A stretch of DNA of 63,834 nt, counting the filler, from Chiloscyllium plagiosum (taxonomy: Eukaryota): the NCBI RefSeq assembly GCF_004010195.1. It is 5 parts of one record of this genome, joined end to end, with 100 filler letters (N's around TTAATTAATTAA, not from the genome) between each part and the next. Parts side by side here need not be neighbours in the genome. Positions count along the whole stretch, not along the records: positions 1 to 26,497 come from NC_057710.1; 4 more parts are not named here. The stretch is one strand, 5' to 3'. The notes beneath the pieces were generated by a model. It ran no database searches, had not been told where the DNA came from, and worked only from the letters and a program-made list of their open reading frames with translations. The translations under genes and the position numbers were made by a program. This document shows positions 11,283 through 24,546 of this stretch, piece by piece. Within the stretch, counting starts at the first letter, position 1; every line of letters begins with the position of its first letter.

Positions 11283-14200
11283 CTTGTGGAGCATCCGTAA
11301 TGCTGAGGGGATTGTGGATAGCATGGTTAGTGAACTGGTCACCCCGCAGGTTAGAATTGCTGAGGGAGACAGGGAATGGGTGAGCAAAAGGCAGAAAAAG
11401 ATTAGGAAGGTGGTGCAGGGTACTCCCTGCGGTTATCTCCCTCAAAACAGGTTTACTGTTTTAGATACTGCTGGGGGAGATGGCTCACGGGGAGGGCAGC
11501 AGTTGCCAGGATCATGGCACCGTGGCGGGCACTGCTGTTCAGAAGAGTGGGAAGAAGAGAGGAAGGGCTAGAGTCATAGAGGATTCAACTGTAAGGGGAG
11601 TAGATAGGCCGTTCTGTAGCCGAAAACGTGACTCCCGGATGGCATGTTGCCTCCCAGGTGCTCAGGTCAGGGATGTCTCAGATCGACTGCAGGACATTCT
11701 GAAGGGGGAGGGTGAACAGCATACAGGCATCAATGATATCGGTAATAGATGGGATGAGGTCCTACAAGCAAAACTTAGGGAGTTGGGAATAGAGTTAAAA
11801 AGTAGGATCTCAGAGATAGTAATCTCAGGATTGCTACCAGTGCCACAGGCGAGTCAGAGTAGGAATATTAGAATATTCAGGATGAATGCACAGCTTGAGA
11901 GATGGTGCAGGAGGGAGGGGTTCAGATTTTGGGACATTGAAACTGGTCCTGGGGGAGTTGGGACGATTACAAATTGGACAGTCTACACCTGAACCAGACA
12001 GGAACCAATGTCCTTGGAGTGCTTCTTCTAATATTGAGACTTGGTTGAGGGAAGGGCATGATTGGCAACTAAACATCCCAGGGTATCGATGCTTCAGGCA
12101 GGATAGAGAGGGAGGTAAAAGGGGTGGAGGAGTTGTATTACTGGTCAGAGAGGATATCACAGCTGTGCTGAAGGAGGGCACCATGGATGACTCGCGCAGT
12201 GAGGCAATATGGGCAGAGCTCAGAAATAGGAAGGGTGCAGTAACAATGTTGGGGCTGTACCACAGGCCTCCCAACAGTGAGTGTGAGATAGAGGTACAAA
12301 CAAGTAAACAAACTATGGAAAGATTCAGGAGCAACAGGGTGGTGGTGACGGGAGATTTTAATTTTCCCAACATTGACTGGGATACACTTAGTATTAGAGG
12401 TTTAGTTGGAGCAGAATTTGTAAGGAGCATCCAGGAGGGTTCTAGAGCAGGATGTAAATACTCCAACTCGGGAAGGGGCCATACTGGACCTGGTGTTGGG
12501 GAATGAGCCCGGCCGGGTGGTTGAAGTTTCAGTAAGGGATTACTTTGGGAATAGGGATCACAATTCCATAAGTTTTAGGATACTCATGGACAAAAGACGA
12601 GAATGGTCCTAAAGGAAGAGTGCTAAACTGGGGAAAGGCCAACTATACCAACATTCGGCAGGAGCTGGGGAATGTGGATTGGGAGCAGCTGTTTGAAGGG
12701 AAATCCACATTCGATATGAGGGAGGCTTTTAAAGAGAGGTGATTAGACTTCAGGACGGACATGTTCCTGTGAAAATGAGAGATGGAAATGGCAAGATTAG
12801 GGAACCATGGATGACAAGTGAAATGAATAAGACTAGCTTAGAGGAAAAGGGAAGCATACATAAGGTCTAGGTGATGGAAAACAGATGAAGCTTTGGAAGA
12901 ATATCAGGAAAGTAGGACTAATCTGAAACGAAGAGTTAAAAGGGTTAAAACGGGTCATGAGATATCTTATCAAACAGGGTTAAGGAAAACCCCAAAGCCT
13001 TTTATTCGTATATAAGGAGCAAGAGGTAACTAGAGAAAGGGTTGGCCCATACAAGGTCAGAGGAGGGAAGACATGTGTAGAGTCTGAGAAAATGGATGAG
13101 ATTCTTAACGAGTACTTTGCATCGGTATTCCCCGAGGAGAGGGACATGGTGGATGTTGAGGTTAGGGATAGACTCTAGTTTGATTACTTGAGGTCAAGTC
13201 AGCATAAGGAGAGAGGAAGTGTTGGATATTCTAAAAGGCATTAAGGTGGACAAGTCCCCAGGTCCAGATGAGATCTACCTCAGGTTACTGAAGGAAGCAA
13301 GAGAGGAAATAGCTGGAGCTTTAGCAGATATCTTTGCAGCATCCTTGAACATGGGTGAGGTCCTGGAGGACTGGAGAATTGCTAATGTTGTCTCCTTGAT
13401 TCAGAAGGGTAGCAGGGATAATCCAGGTAATTACAGACCTGTGAGGCTGATGCCAGTAGTAGGGAAGTTGCTGGAGAAGATACTGAGGGATAGGATCTAT
13501 TTGCATTCGGAAGAAAATGGGCCTATCAGTGATAGGCAACATGGTTTTGTGCAGGGAAGGTCATACCTTACCAACTTAGTAGAATTCATTGAGGAGGTGG
13601 CAAAGTTGGTTGATGTAGGAAAGGCTGTCATGTACATGGACTTCAGTGATGTGTTTGATAAGGTTCCCCATAGTAGGCTGATGGAGAAAGTGAAGTCTCA
13701 TGGGCTCCACGGTGGATAGAAAACTGGCTGGGCAGCAGGAGACAGTAGGCATGGAAGGGAGCTTCTCAAAATGGAGACCTGTGACCACTGGTGTCCCACA
13801 AGGATCTGTGCTGGGACCACTGTTGTCTGTGATATACCTCTTGAGGAGGGTGTAGGTTGCCTCATTAGCAAGTCTGCAGATGACACTAAGATTGATGGAG
13901 TAGCAGATAGTGAAGGGGATTGTCAGAGAATGCAGCAGAATATCGATAGATTGGAGAGTTGGGCAGAGAAACGATAGATGAAGGTCAATCCAGGCAACTG
14001 CGAGGTGATGCATTTTGGAAGATCCAATTTCAGAGCAAACTGTACAGTAAATGGAAAGGTCCTGTGGAAAAGTGATGTCCAGAGAGATCTGGGTGTTCAG
14101 GTCCATTGTTCCCTGAAGGTCAATAGTGTGGTCAAGAAGGCATAGGGCATGCTTTCCTTCATCAGACAGGGGATTGAGTACAAGGGTTGGCAGGTCATGG

Positions 14201-14780
14201 TACAGTTGTAGAAGACTTTGGTTTGGGCACATTTGGAATACTGTGTACAGTTCTGGTCACCACATTACCAAAAGGATATGGATGCTTTGGAGAGGGTGCA
14301 GAGGAGGCTCCCCAGGATGTTGCCTGGTATGGAGGATGCTAGCTAAGAAGAGAGATTGAGTAGATTAGGATTATTTTCATTAGAAAGACGGAGATTGAGG
14401 GGGACCTGACTGAGGTCCACAAAATCATGAGGGGTATCGACAGGGTGGATAGCAAGAAGCTTTTTCCCAGAGCTGAGGTCTCAATTACTAGGGAGTACAA
14501 GTTCAAGGTGAGAGGGAAACGTTTTGGGGAGGTATGCATGGAAGGTTCTTTATGCAGAGGGTGGTGGGGGCCTGGAACGCGTTGCCAGCGGAGGTGGTAG
14601 AAGCGGGCATGATAGCATCATTGAAGATGTATATCTGGACAGATACATGAATGGGCACGGAGCAGAGGGATAAGACCCTTAGGAAATAGGCGACAGGTTT
14701 AGTTAGAGGATCTGGATCAGTGCAGGCTTAGAGGGCCGAAGGGCCTGTTCCTGTGCTATTATGTTCTTTGTTCTTTGTTC
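11283..14780 (+). mobile_element. Near full-length decayed CR1 (HER1-like) LINE: ORF1 esterase, APE endonuclease, RT, 3' tail
   Basis: ORF1 VIEDSTVRG...CCLPGA...TGINDIG; APE ETWL...IPGYRCFRQDR...[46 protein letters not shown]; (gttcttt)n tail. Confidence 0.93.
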
Positions 14781-15264
14781 CTTGACATTGGTGAGCCCAC
14801 TTTTTGAGTACGGTGTGTAGTTCTGGTCACCCTGCTGTGGGAAGGGTATTATTAAACTGGAGAGCATTCAGAAAAGACTTACAAGAGTGTTAGTGGGACT
14901 GGAAGGTTTGTGTTATCAGGAAAGCCTTTTGTTCCTTGGAGCATAGGAGGTTGAGGGGTGACCTTGTCGATGTTTAGAAAATTGTGAGGGACACCGATAG
15001 GACGGATTTAGAAAGCCCAAAACTAGAGGGTCCAGGTTTAAGGTCGGAGGGGAACTTTTTCATTCAGGGGGTGGTGCAGATATGGACTGAACTGCCAGAG
15101 GGAGTGGTGGAGGTGAGTACAAAATTTAAAAGATATTTGAAAAGGTACATGGATAGGAAAGGTTTGGAGGGATTGGGGCCAAATACAGGCACATGGGACT
15201 GGTAATGGTGGGCAAGTTGGAGCGAAGGGTCTGCTTCCGTGCTGTGTTATTCTGTGACACTATA

Positions 15265-15921
15265 AGTATTCCCCGTGCTGCTCCTGCATGACCTCATGTA
15301 CTCTTCATGGGCTCTGGAGTCAATGTTGAGGATTCATAGGGCAAATCCCTCTTGATTGTATCCCAGTTTGTTACCCCCTCTGCTGGGTCTGTCCTGCCAG
15401 TGGGACAGGGCATATCCAGGGATGGTGATGGTGGGGTCTGGGACATTGTCTGTAAGGTATGATTCTATCTCAGCTGTTGCTCTCCCAGTTTTGGTGTTAG
15501 TGAGGGGGGCTTTGCAGGGTCAGCAGGGCTGTTTCTGCTGCTGTCTTTTCTGGTGCCTGGGTCGATGCCAGGTGATCTATCGGTTTCATTTCTTTGTTGA
15601 GACTTCACACTGATTGGTTCAAGCAAAGGGCTTGCTCGGCCATTTCACAGGGTGGCTAAGAGTCAGTCCCATTACTGTGGGTCTGGAGTCACATGGAGGC
15701 CAGACCAGGTGAGGATGGCAGATTTCCTTCCCCTAAGGACACCAGTGAACCAGTTGGGTTTTTCTGACAATTGCCTGTGGTTTCACAGTCATCACAAGAC
15801 TCTTTGTTCCAGATTGAATGTCTGCCCTGGTGGGATTTGAACCCATGTCCCCAGTCCGTTTGGCTGTGGCTCACTGTGGATTACCAATTTGGTGACATTA
15901 TCACTGCGCCACCACCTTCCC
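15265..15921 (-). mobile_element. LINE 5' fragment with tRNA-like head and APE endonuclease remnant
   Basis: Minus-strand tggcgcagtga (A-box-like) and ggttcaaatcc (B box), then ESYLTDNVPDPTITIPGYALSHWQDRPSRGG. Confidence 0.65.
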
Positions 15922-16048
15922 TTTATCTTAGGCTGGGGATAAATGCAGATTGACTTGACTCCATGACCTGCTTCCTCAGTTTACATGACAAGGAGCTCTT
16001 CAAACTGCTTGACTATGAACTGGTATGTTGCTCCAAGTCAGCACTCAC

Positions 16049-16170
16049 CTCATGTGTTTCCGGGAGGTGAAGGTGACTCCATTAAACCTTTCTGAATCTG
16101 CTTTGTGCTGGAGAAGCTTGTCCTTTGGAGTGCCCAGCAATGGGCTCAGGGTGTTGATGTTCCCTTTGTA
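16049..16170 (-). CDS. Candidate exon downstream of the ADAM EGF exon
   Basis: Non-repeat island with consensus donor GAG|gtgagt and weak acceptor ctaacccag|. Frame 0 is open (YKGNINTLSPLLGTPKDKLLQHKADSERFNGVTFTSRKHM). No recognisable motif. Confidence 0.25.
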
Positions 16171-16269
16171 CTGGGTTAGGATCAGTAACAAATCGCCACA
16201 AACATTCTCTCACAGCCCAGGGAAGCAAATCCAACTTGGCCCAGCTAACGACAGTGGACAATTGGGGAG

Positions 16270-17960
16270 AAGGAACATTGAACACAGAACAATACAGCTC
16301 AGCAACAGGCCCTTCGGCCCACCATGTCTGTGATGGACATGACACGATTCTGAATCAATCCCATCTGTCTGTACTTGGGCTGTTCATGAGTCGATGGAAA
16401 TGCCTCTGAAATGTTGCTATCATATCTGCTTCTGCAACCTCCCCTCACAGCACGTACCAGACACATACCATCCTTTGATATCCTTCCTCACTCTCCATAA
16501 CTCCACCAATTTTTGTGTCATCTGCAAACTTACTAACCAGAATGTGCATCCAAATCATTGAAATAAATTAGAAACAACAGATATCCCAGCACTGATCCTT
16601 GTAGAACATCCCTGGAGGGAGATCTCCAGTCAGAAAAACACCCTTCCATTATTAAACTCTGCTTTCTATGGCCTAGCTGGTTTAGTATCCAACTTACCAA
16701 AATACCATGGATTCAAAAGACCCAAGAACAGTACAGCACAGGAAAAGACCCTTCGGTCCACCAAGACTGTACTGGCACATGATGCCTGTCTAAATTAAAA
16801 ACCTTTTGCCTCTACAGAGTCTGCATCTCTCTATTTCCTGCCTGTCAAGGTAACTCTGAAAATATTGCTATTCTATCCGCCTCGACCATCTCCTCTGGCA
16901 GTACATTTCAGGCAGTTACCTCCCTCCGTACATAGAACACCACTGGGTCACAGATCCTTAGTCAAACACCTTTCCACCACTACTGTCTGTTTTCTATGAC
17001 CAAGTCAGTTCTGTTTCCATCCAGTTCTGAGGAAGGAGCATTGGACCAGAAATGTTAACTCTGATTTCTTTTCACTGATCGTGCCAGACAAGATCCACCC
17101 TGCAGGAAGCCATGCTGACTATCCCTAATACCTTCATTCTTTTCCAAATGTGCATAAGTCCTGAACCTGAGAATCTTCTCCAATAATTTCCCTGCCACTG
17201 ACGTGGAGCTCACCGCTCAATAATTTCCTGGGCTATCCCTGTTGCCTTTCTTGAACAAAGGACCTTGCCTGGGCTAAAGAGGATACAAAGAATTTTATCA
17301 AGACCCCAGCAACCCCCTCCCTCTCCTCCCTCAGTATCCTGCATAGATCTCATCGGGAGAAAGTGAGGACTGCAGATGCTGGAGATCAGAGTTGAAGAGT
17401 GTGGTGCTGGAAAAGCACAGTAGGTCAGGCAGCATCCGATGAGCAGGAGAAGCCACGTTTCGGGTACAAACCTTCCTGATGAAGGGTTTTTGCCCAAAAC
17501 GGTGACTCTCCTGCTCTTCAGATGCTGCTTGACTGGCTGTGCTTTTCCAGCACCACACTCGTCAACCTAGATCCCATCTGGCCCTGGGGACTTATCTACC
17601 TTAATTTTTTTCAACTCCAGATCTCCTCCTTAATATTGACCTGCCCTAGAGGACCAACATCCCCTTCCCTAATCTTGCCATCATCCATATCCTTGTCCTC
17701 GGTGAATCCCAATGCGAAGTATTCATTAAGACCACACTCACTTCCTCCAGTTCCACACATAAATCTCCAATTTGTCCTTGACTGGGCCTACCCTTTCCCT
17801 AGTTACCCTCCTGCTTCTTAGATACATATAAAATGCCTTGAGATTCTCTTTATTCCGGCTTGCCAAGGGCATTTCCTGGTCCTGAGTAGCTTTCCTCATT
17901 TCTTTTTAAAGTTCCTTTCTGCTTTATTTATCCTGCTGAAGTGCCTTGTTTAATTTCCAT
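16270..17960 (-). mobile_element. Cluster of old CR1 fragments with PLE-end insertions (about 17020-17090, 17355-17565)
   Basis: CR1 tails and RT remnants; the 17355 insertion is flanked by tagatc(t/c)catc. Confidence 0.65.
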
Positions 17961-18088
17961 TTCCTAAACCTACGTATGCTTCACGGTGCAGGAAGCTCAG
18001 TTGGAGCAGGCGTGGTGTTGAACAGCAGAAAAAGACACAGCAGGGAGAATGTGCCAATGGGAAAGAGCACAGGAACTGAAATGATTAC

Positions 18089-18200
18089 CTGGAACCTCGA
18101 CCATGGGCCCACTGTCAAGACTGCCACCGAGCCCTGGGTTTTCACAGAATGGAGGAGCCCAGCCCATATCACAGTGACAGCGATTGTAATTGTTACAAAC
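18089..18200 (-). CDS. Internal exon of an ADAM metalloprotease (ADAM12/19/33 subgroup), EGF-like domain
   Basis: Encodes [37 protein letters not shown], matching the ADAM motif VCNxxxxCHCxxGWAPPFCxxPGxGGSxDSGP. Acceptor tttgtttcag| and donor CAG|gtaat; 112 nt, phase 0 to 1. Paralogue not resolvable by eye. Confidence 0.93.
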
Positions 18201-18656
18201 CTGAAACAAAATCCACAACAACAAAACCTCTTCAGCAACATTAAGTCGGTTTGCAGAATAACAAACAGTGACAAACTTTCGAAAAAGTGAAACGAGATCT
18301 CTAGGAAAATGATCAGAGGGTTGGTCAGATGGATCGATCAGTGGCAAATGGAATTCAATCGGGATAATTATGGGACGATGCACTCGTGCTGGTCATACAA
18401 GGCAAGGGAATCCAAGATGAACGTTAGGAGCCTGGGAAGCACTGGGAATCAGACAGACCTTGGTGGACATGTTCACTGGTCTCTTAAGGTATCAGGACAG
18501 CTGGATAAAATGGTTAAGAAGCCAACTTGCCTTGACTAGTCGAGGCATAGTGTTTAAGAGCAGGGAGGTCATGCTGTCAGACTATAAAAGGTTGGTTAGG
18601 CCCCAGCGAGTGTATTGTGTGCAATCCACATTACAGGAGGGATGCGGTTACACTGG

Positions 18657-19299
18657 TGTGATGGTTCTGTGCTGTATCTCCGACAGAGGGCTGTTGTCAC
18701 AGTGGGGCCAAGGCTAGAGTAGGGCTGGAAAAGCACAGCAGTTCAGGCAACATCCGAGGAGCAGGAAAATCACAGTGGGGCTCGAATATCTCCTTCAGAA
18801 AGGCAGTTGGTAAACAGCTTAGAGTTTTTCCTGAATGCTTCTTTTTAAACTAAAGAATCAGGAGTGGGCAGAGCCAGGGCTCACACAGACTCAGGAAGGA
18901 TTTTCGTCTTGCTTTTAGTTAGTGAGACGGTTTCTGCTGACTGCTGAGCAAAAGCCTTGGGTTTTCTGCGAGAATGAGATCTCAGACAGTGAGGCTTCCT
19001 GTTAAAAACCAAAAGGGGCAGATTATTTTCTTCTTCTGGACTGGACAGAGACAGCATGTGGAAATCCAAACTGCTTTGCTGAGTTGTCTTGGAAAAGGAT
19101 GTGTTTATGGGATGCTGCTGAGATCAGAATAGTTGGTAATTAGTGGTGAAATAACACACATTCTTGTTAAATATTTCAATAGAGTGACTATTGTGCAAAG
19201 TCTTCTTTTTACTGTAATTTAACTGTGTGGTAAGAATACAGTTGGGGTCTCGGCTATCTCCTTACAATCCTTTTACAGGGTCTGACCCGGTCTCTAACA
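18657..19299 (+). mobile_element. Solo LTR inserted in an old CR1
   Basis: TGTGA...TAACA ends; flanks ctgg/ctgc; CR1 sequence resumes in register on both sides; 3' end resembles the LTR end at 3700-3724. Confidence 0.75.
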
Positions 19300-19611
19300 C
19301 TGCAGAGGGTGCAGAGGAGATTTACCAGGATGGTACTCAGCCTCGAGACTTTCAGATATGGAGAGAGATTGGACAGACTCGTGTTGTTTTCCTCAGAGCA
19401 GAGAAGATTGAGAGGAAACAGAATCGAGAGGTGTAAAATGATGGAGGGGCACAGATTGAGTCGACAGGAAGAAATGTTTCCCCTTGAGCAGGGGCATTGA
19501 TTGAAGGGAAGGAGCTGGAGGTTTCCAGGAGATCTGAGGAAAAGCTTTCTCAGCCAGAGGCTGGTGGGAATCTGCATGTGTCGGGGGTGGGGGGGGGGGG
19601 GGGGAGGGGGT

Positions 19612-20001
19612 GAGAAACAGAAACATAGAACATAGAACATTACAGCGCAGTACAGGCCCTTCGGCCCTCGATGTTGCACCGACCTGTCATACCAATCTGA
19701 AGCTCATCTAACCTACACTATTCCATTACGTCCATATACTTGCCCAATAACGACTTAAATGTACTTAAAGTTGGCAAATCTACTACCAGTGCAGGCAAAG
19801 CATTCCATACCCTTACTACTCTCTGAGTAAAGAAACTACCTCTGACATCTGTCCTATATCTATCACCCCTCAATTTAAAGCTATTCCCCTCATGCTCGCC
19901 GTCACCATACTTGGAAAAAGGCTCTCCCTGTCCACCCTATCTAACCCTCTGATTATCTTGTATGTCTCTATTAAGTCACCTCTCAACCTTCTTCTCTCTA
20001 A
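19612..20001 (-). mobile_element. CR1 3' end
   Basis: (aacatag)n tail and antisense RT C-terminus, running into a gap. Confidence 0.9.
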
Positions 20002-22204
20002 NNNNNNNNNNNNNNNNNNNNNNNNNNNNNNNNNNNNNNNNNNNNNNNNNNNNNNNNNNNNNNNNNNNNNNNNNNNNNNNNNNNNNNNNNNNNNNNNNNN
20101 NNNNNNNNNNNNNNNNNNNNNNNNNNNNNNNNNNNNNNNNNNNNNNNNNNNNNNNNNNNNNNNNNNNNNNNNNNNNNNNNNNNNNNNNNNNNNNNNNNNN
20201 NNNNNNNNNNNNNNNNNNNNNNNNNNNNNNNNNNNNNNNNNNNNNNNNNNNNNNNNNNNNNNNNNNNNNNNNNNNNNNNNNNNNNNNNNNNNNNNNNNNN
20301 NNNNNNNNNNNNNNNNNNNNNNNNNNNNNNNNNNNNNNNNNNNNNNNNNNNNNNNNNNNNNNNNNNNNNNNNNNNNNNNNNNNNNNNNNNNNNNNNNNNN
20401 NNNNNNNNNNNNNNNNNNNNNNNNNNNNNNNNNNNNNNNNTGAAAAATGTGTTGCTGGAAAAGCGCAGCAGGTCAGGCAGCATCCAAGGAGCAGGAGAAT
20501 CGACGTTTTGGGCATAAACCCTTCTTCAGGAACTGGTAACTGGACTCCAGGATGAACATTTCCCATCAACCACCACCCTCTGTCTTCTTTCAGCAAGCCA
20601 ATGTCTGATCCAAACTGCTATATCTCCCACAATCCCATTCCTCCACATTTGTACAAACCCTCAACATATTTAATAAGCATTTCAAGATACACTTGTGATG
20701 CCGGGGCATACAAGGCCAAGTGCTGGAAAATGGCATGGGAATAGGAAGATGTCAAGGAAAATGGGATAGCAATCATTAGGTTGTAGTTTTTCACCACTGC
20801 AGATATGATGGGCTGGAGATCTTTCCGACTCATTTCACTTTCAGTGAAAAGACAGAAAGGCAGAGTATTTTTCACAGAGTGAGGGGTGAGGAAATAAAGT
20901 CCTGTGATCAATTTAGAAGGCAAACTTATGTTCAGTTTTGGTCTCCTTGCTTGAGGAAGGATACACACCAGAGGCTGGTATTCCTCAGAGTTTTCTGTCA
21001 CTTTCCCTGAGATTATGTTGGATGGTTTGAGAGTCACAAGCAGAGGAAACATACTATGTCAGAGGACCAGGGTAGAACAGCCAATGAACAAAGAGAAGAG
21101 AGAAATCGATAGGCTTGTGGAAACTATTAACATGAAGGAATATAGAGATAGTGTTGGGAAGTGAGATTGAGAAGATGATCAGCCAGGAGTTTAATGGCTG
21201 GCCTGCTCCTGTTTCAATGGTCTTCTATGAGGTGTGTGATTTATAACATAAAACCATTTGAAAGCTCTCTGAAGGGGTCAAGCAATAATCAAGATCAAGA
21301 GCAGGAGTGGGTGTGAACCATCACAGCCTCCTCCAGTGGGCCCTAGCATCACAGATACCACAGAGTCATACAGTCATAAAGTACAGAAGCAAATCCTTCG
21401 GTCTAACCCGTGTTGACAAGACTGTTCCTTCTGGCAAGATGATGTCGTCCTTGATTTTTTTCAGAGAGGTTGTCAACATCCCAGACTCCGAAAACTTGGA
21501 GAGTTTGGATAGAGTTTAGGACCCATTTGTTTGTAGCTAACAGCTACTGCCTCAGGCAGACGGCTTTCAAGTGAAAAAATATATAATGAAAGGGGAGCGG
21601 CCAGCATTTAGGAACAACATCATTAAGTCGGGATAGCTTGTCGTGTTTGGATAGGATACGTTAATTCAGGATTCTGTTTTCTGCTCTTTGTGTTTCATTC
21701 ACTAATCATGTAAATAAATTCTGTTTTGTTTAAAACTAAGTAGTCTGACCAGCTGGAATATCCACTCTACACTTGCAAAGTTAGGGTCTGGGCTTCTTTC
21801 TGAAAGTGTTTTGAGGGGGTCTGCCCTGGTCCAGAACAGATTGGGGCTGTTTGTAGGATTTGTTTGTAGTTTCTAATTTGGGATTTAGGATTCAAATTCT
21901 TTGGACCCGGAGGCAGTGAGTAGTCAATATTAGTGTCATTTGTTCCAGGTGTTGAACTTGGTTGATGTAAACAGTGTTCGGGATTATAATCGTTCTTTCA
22001 GTCACCAAGAGGTTTCTGGGGGCGGAAGAAGTGACCCTGGGGTTTTGCAAAAGGTGGTTAAGGTCAAGCTGCTGGAACTTTCAGACAAGCGGGGTTTGGA
22101 GCTGTCTCCTTCTATGAGGAAACATGAGATGGATACAGCCATAACTCAGTAATTCAATTCATTGGAAACATCATCAGGATTTGGAGAGATGGTTAAAATT
22201 CAAT

Positions 22205-22505
22205 GGGCAGCATGGTGGCACAGTGGTTAGCACTGCTGCCTCACAGAGCCAGAGACCCGGGTTCAATTCCCGCCTCAGGCGACTCTATGTGGAGTTTGCA
22301 CGTTCTCCCCGTGTCTGCGTGGGTTTCCTCCCACAATCCAAAAATGTGCAGGTTAGGTGAACTGGCCATGCTAAATTGCCCATAGTGTTAGGGGCAGGGG
22401 TAAATGTAGGGGAATGGGTCTGGGTGGGTTGCAGTTCGGTGGGTCAGTGTGGACTTGTTGGGCCGAAAGGCCTATTTCCACACTGTAAGTAATCTAATCT
22501 AAAAA
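22205..22505 (+). mobile_element. HE1-type tRNA-derived SINE
   Basis: A box tggcacagtgg, B box ggttcaattcc, CR1-like tail gggccgaa...cactgt and (aatct)n; interrupts Gypsy gag. Confidence 0.88.
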
Positions 22506-23035
22506 ATGAATCATCTAGAGTTAGAGGTGAGAGATAAGGAGAGGGCAGCAGAAATGAAACACTTTGAGTGATGATTAAAAACAGAAGAGAAAGTCAAAGA
22601 ATGAAGGGCTTTAGCAGAAGTGAAACAAAAAGAGAGGGTTTGAACTTCAGAAAATAAGACTTGGATAGGAAAGTCAGCTTGAAAGGATGGAGCTGAAGGC
22701 TTAAGGGAAGTTTAGTGAGGATGAACAAACCCCTGGTAGTCAGAGGCCTAATGAGAAAGTCTTTAAGTATGTTCAAGCATTGCCTAAATTTGATGAGAAG
22801 GATGTGGAAGGCTTTTTCATCTCATTTGAATAAATGGCTAAACAAATGCAGTGGCTAGTGGCAATGTGGGTTTTGTTGATCCAAATAAAATNNNNNNNNN
22901 NNNNNNNNNNNNNNNNNNNNNNNNNNNNNNNNNNNNNNNNNNNNNNNNNNNNNNNNNNNNNNNNNNNNNNNNNNNNNNNNNNNNNNNNNNNNNNNNNNNN
23001 NNNNNNNNNNNNNNNNNNNNNNNNNNNNNNNNNNN

Positions 23036-24060
23036 TCAAAGGTAGAAGATAGAGGGTGGTGGTGGAGGGTTGTTTTTCAGACTGGAGGCCTGTGACCAGT
23101 GGAGTGCCACAAGGATCGGTGCTGGGCCCTCTACTTTTTGTCATTTACATAAATGATTTGGATGCGAGCATAAGAGGTACAGTTAGTAAGTTTGCAGATG
23201 ACACCAAAATTGGAGGTGTAGTGGGCAGCGAAGAGGATTACCTCAGATTACAACAGGATTTTGACCAGATGGGCCAATGGGCTGAGCAGTGGCAGATGGA
23301 GTTTAATTTAGATAAATGTGAGGTGCTGCATTTTGGGAAAGCAAATCTTAGCAGGACTTATACACTTAATTGTAATGTCCTTGGACGTGTTGCTGAACAA
23401 AGAGACCTTGGAGTGCAGGTTCATAGCTCCTTGAAAGTGGAGTCTCAGTTAGACAGAATAGTGAAGAAGGCGTTTGGTATGCTTTCCTTTATTGGTCAGA
23501 GTATTGAGTATAGGAGTTGGGAGGTCATGTTGTAGCTATACAGGATGTTGGTTAGGCCACTTTAAGAATATCGTGTGCAAGATCAAAAAGATGTTGTGAA
23601 ACTTGAAAGGGTTCAGAAAAGATTTCCAAGGATGTTGCCAGGGTTGGAGGATTTGAGCTTTAGGGAGTATTTGAATAAGTCGGCGCTGTTTCCCCTGGAG
23701 CATTGGAGGCTGAGGGGTGACCTTATAGAGGTTTATAAAGTTACGAGAGGCATGGATTTGATAAACAGACAAAGTCTTTTCCCTGGGGTGGGAGAGTCCA
23801 GAACTAGAGGGCATAGGTTTAGGGTGAGTGGGGAAAGATATAAAAGAGACCTAAGGGGCAACCTTTTCATACAGAGGGTGGTACAGGTATGGCATGAGCT
23901 GCCAGAGGAAGTGGTGGAGGCTGGTACAATTACAACATTTAAACAGCATCTGGATGGGTATATTAATAGGAAGGGTTTCGAAGGATATGGGCTGGGTGCT
24001 GGCAAAAAGCATGGATGAGTTGGACCAAAGGGTCTGTTTCCGTGCTTATACCTTTATGCT
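23036..24060 (+). mobile_element. CR1 RT/3' fragment
   Basis: [21 protein letters not shown]...KFADDTK. Confidence 0.93.
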
Positions 24061-24204
24061 CAGACTTCAGTCAACATTTCAGGAATCTAAGGAGGAGCCC
24101 TGGTCAAACCTACAATGAGTTTGAAAGGATCAAACAAAGTAATTTTGAGAGGTGGATAAGGGCACATCTTAGAGAGACAATTACTTTGGGAGGAATTCAG
24201 AAAA

Positions 24205-24546
24205 TCATTGGAATCCTAAAATCCCTACAGTGTGGAAACAGGCCCTTCAGCCCAACAAGTCCACACCGGCCCTTTGAATAGTAACCCACCCAGACCCAAT
24301 CCCTGCTATTCTACATTTACCCCTTAATCATGCACCTAACTGAGACATCCCTGAACATTACGAACAATTTAGCATGGCCAAGTCACTGAACCTGCACATC
24401 TTCAGACTGTGGGAGGACACCAGAGTATCCAAAGGAAACCCACGCAGACACAGGGAGACTCCACACAGTCAGTCACTGGAGGCTGGAATGAACCAGGTCC
24501 CTGGCACTGTAAGGGAGCAGTGCTAACCACTGAGCCACCGTGCTGC
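24205..24546 (-). mobile_element. HE1-type SINE
   Basis: Reverse complement of the 22205 family; interrupts Gypsy gag. Confidence 0.85.

Noticed and set aside
17981..18088. Hydrophobic [19 protein letters not shown] as the ADAM TM segment via a gt...ag intron
   Set aside because: It is in phase, but the intron would be 13 nt, far too short, and there is no basic stop-transfer motif. Only an assembly error could rescue it.
22205..22280. tRNA gene
   Set aside because: The A/B boxes continue into a SINE body and LINE-like tail, repeated in several copies.
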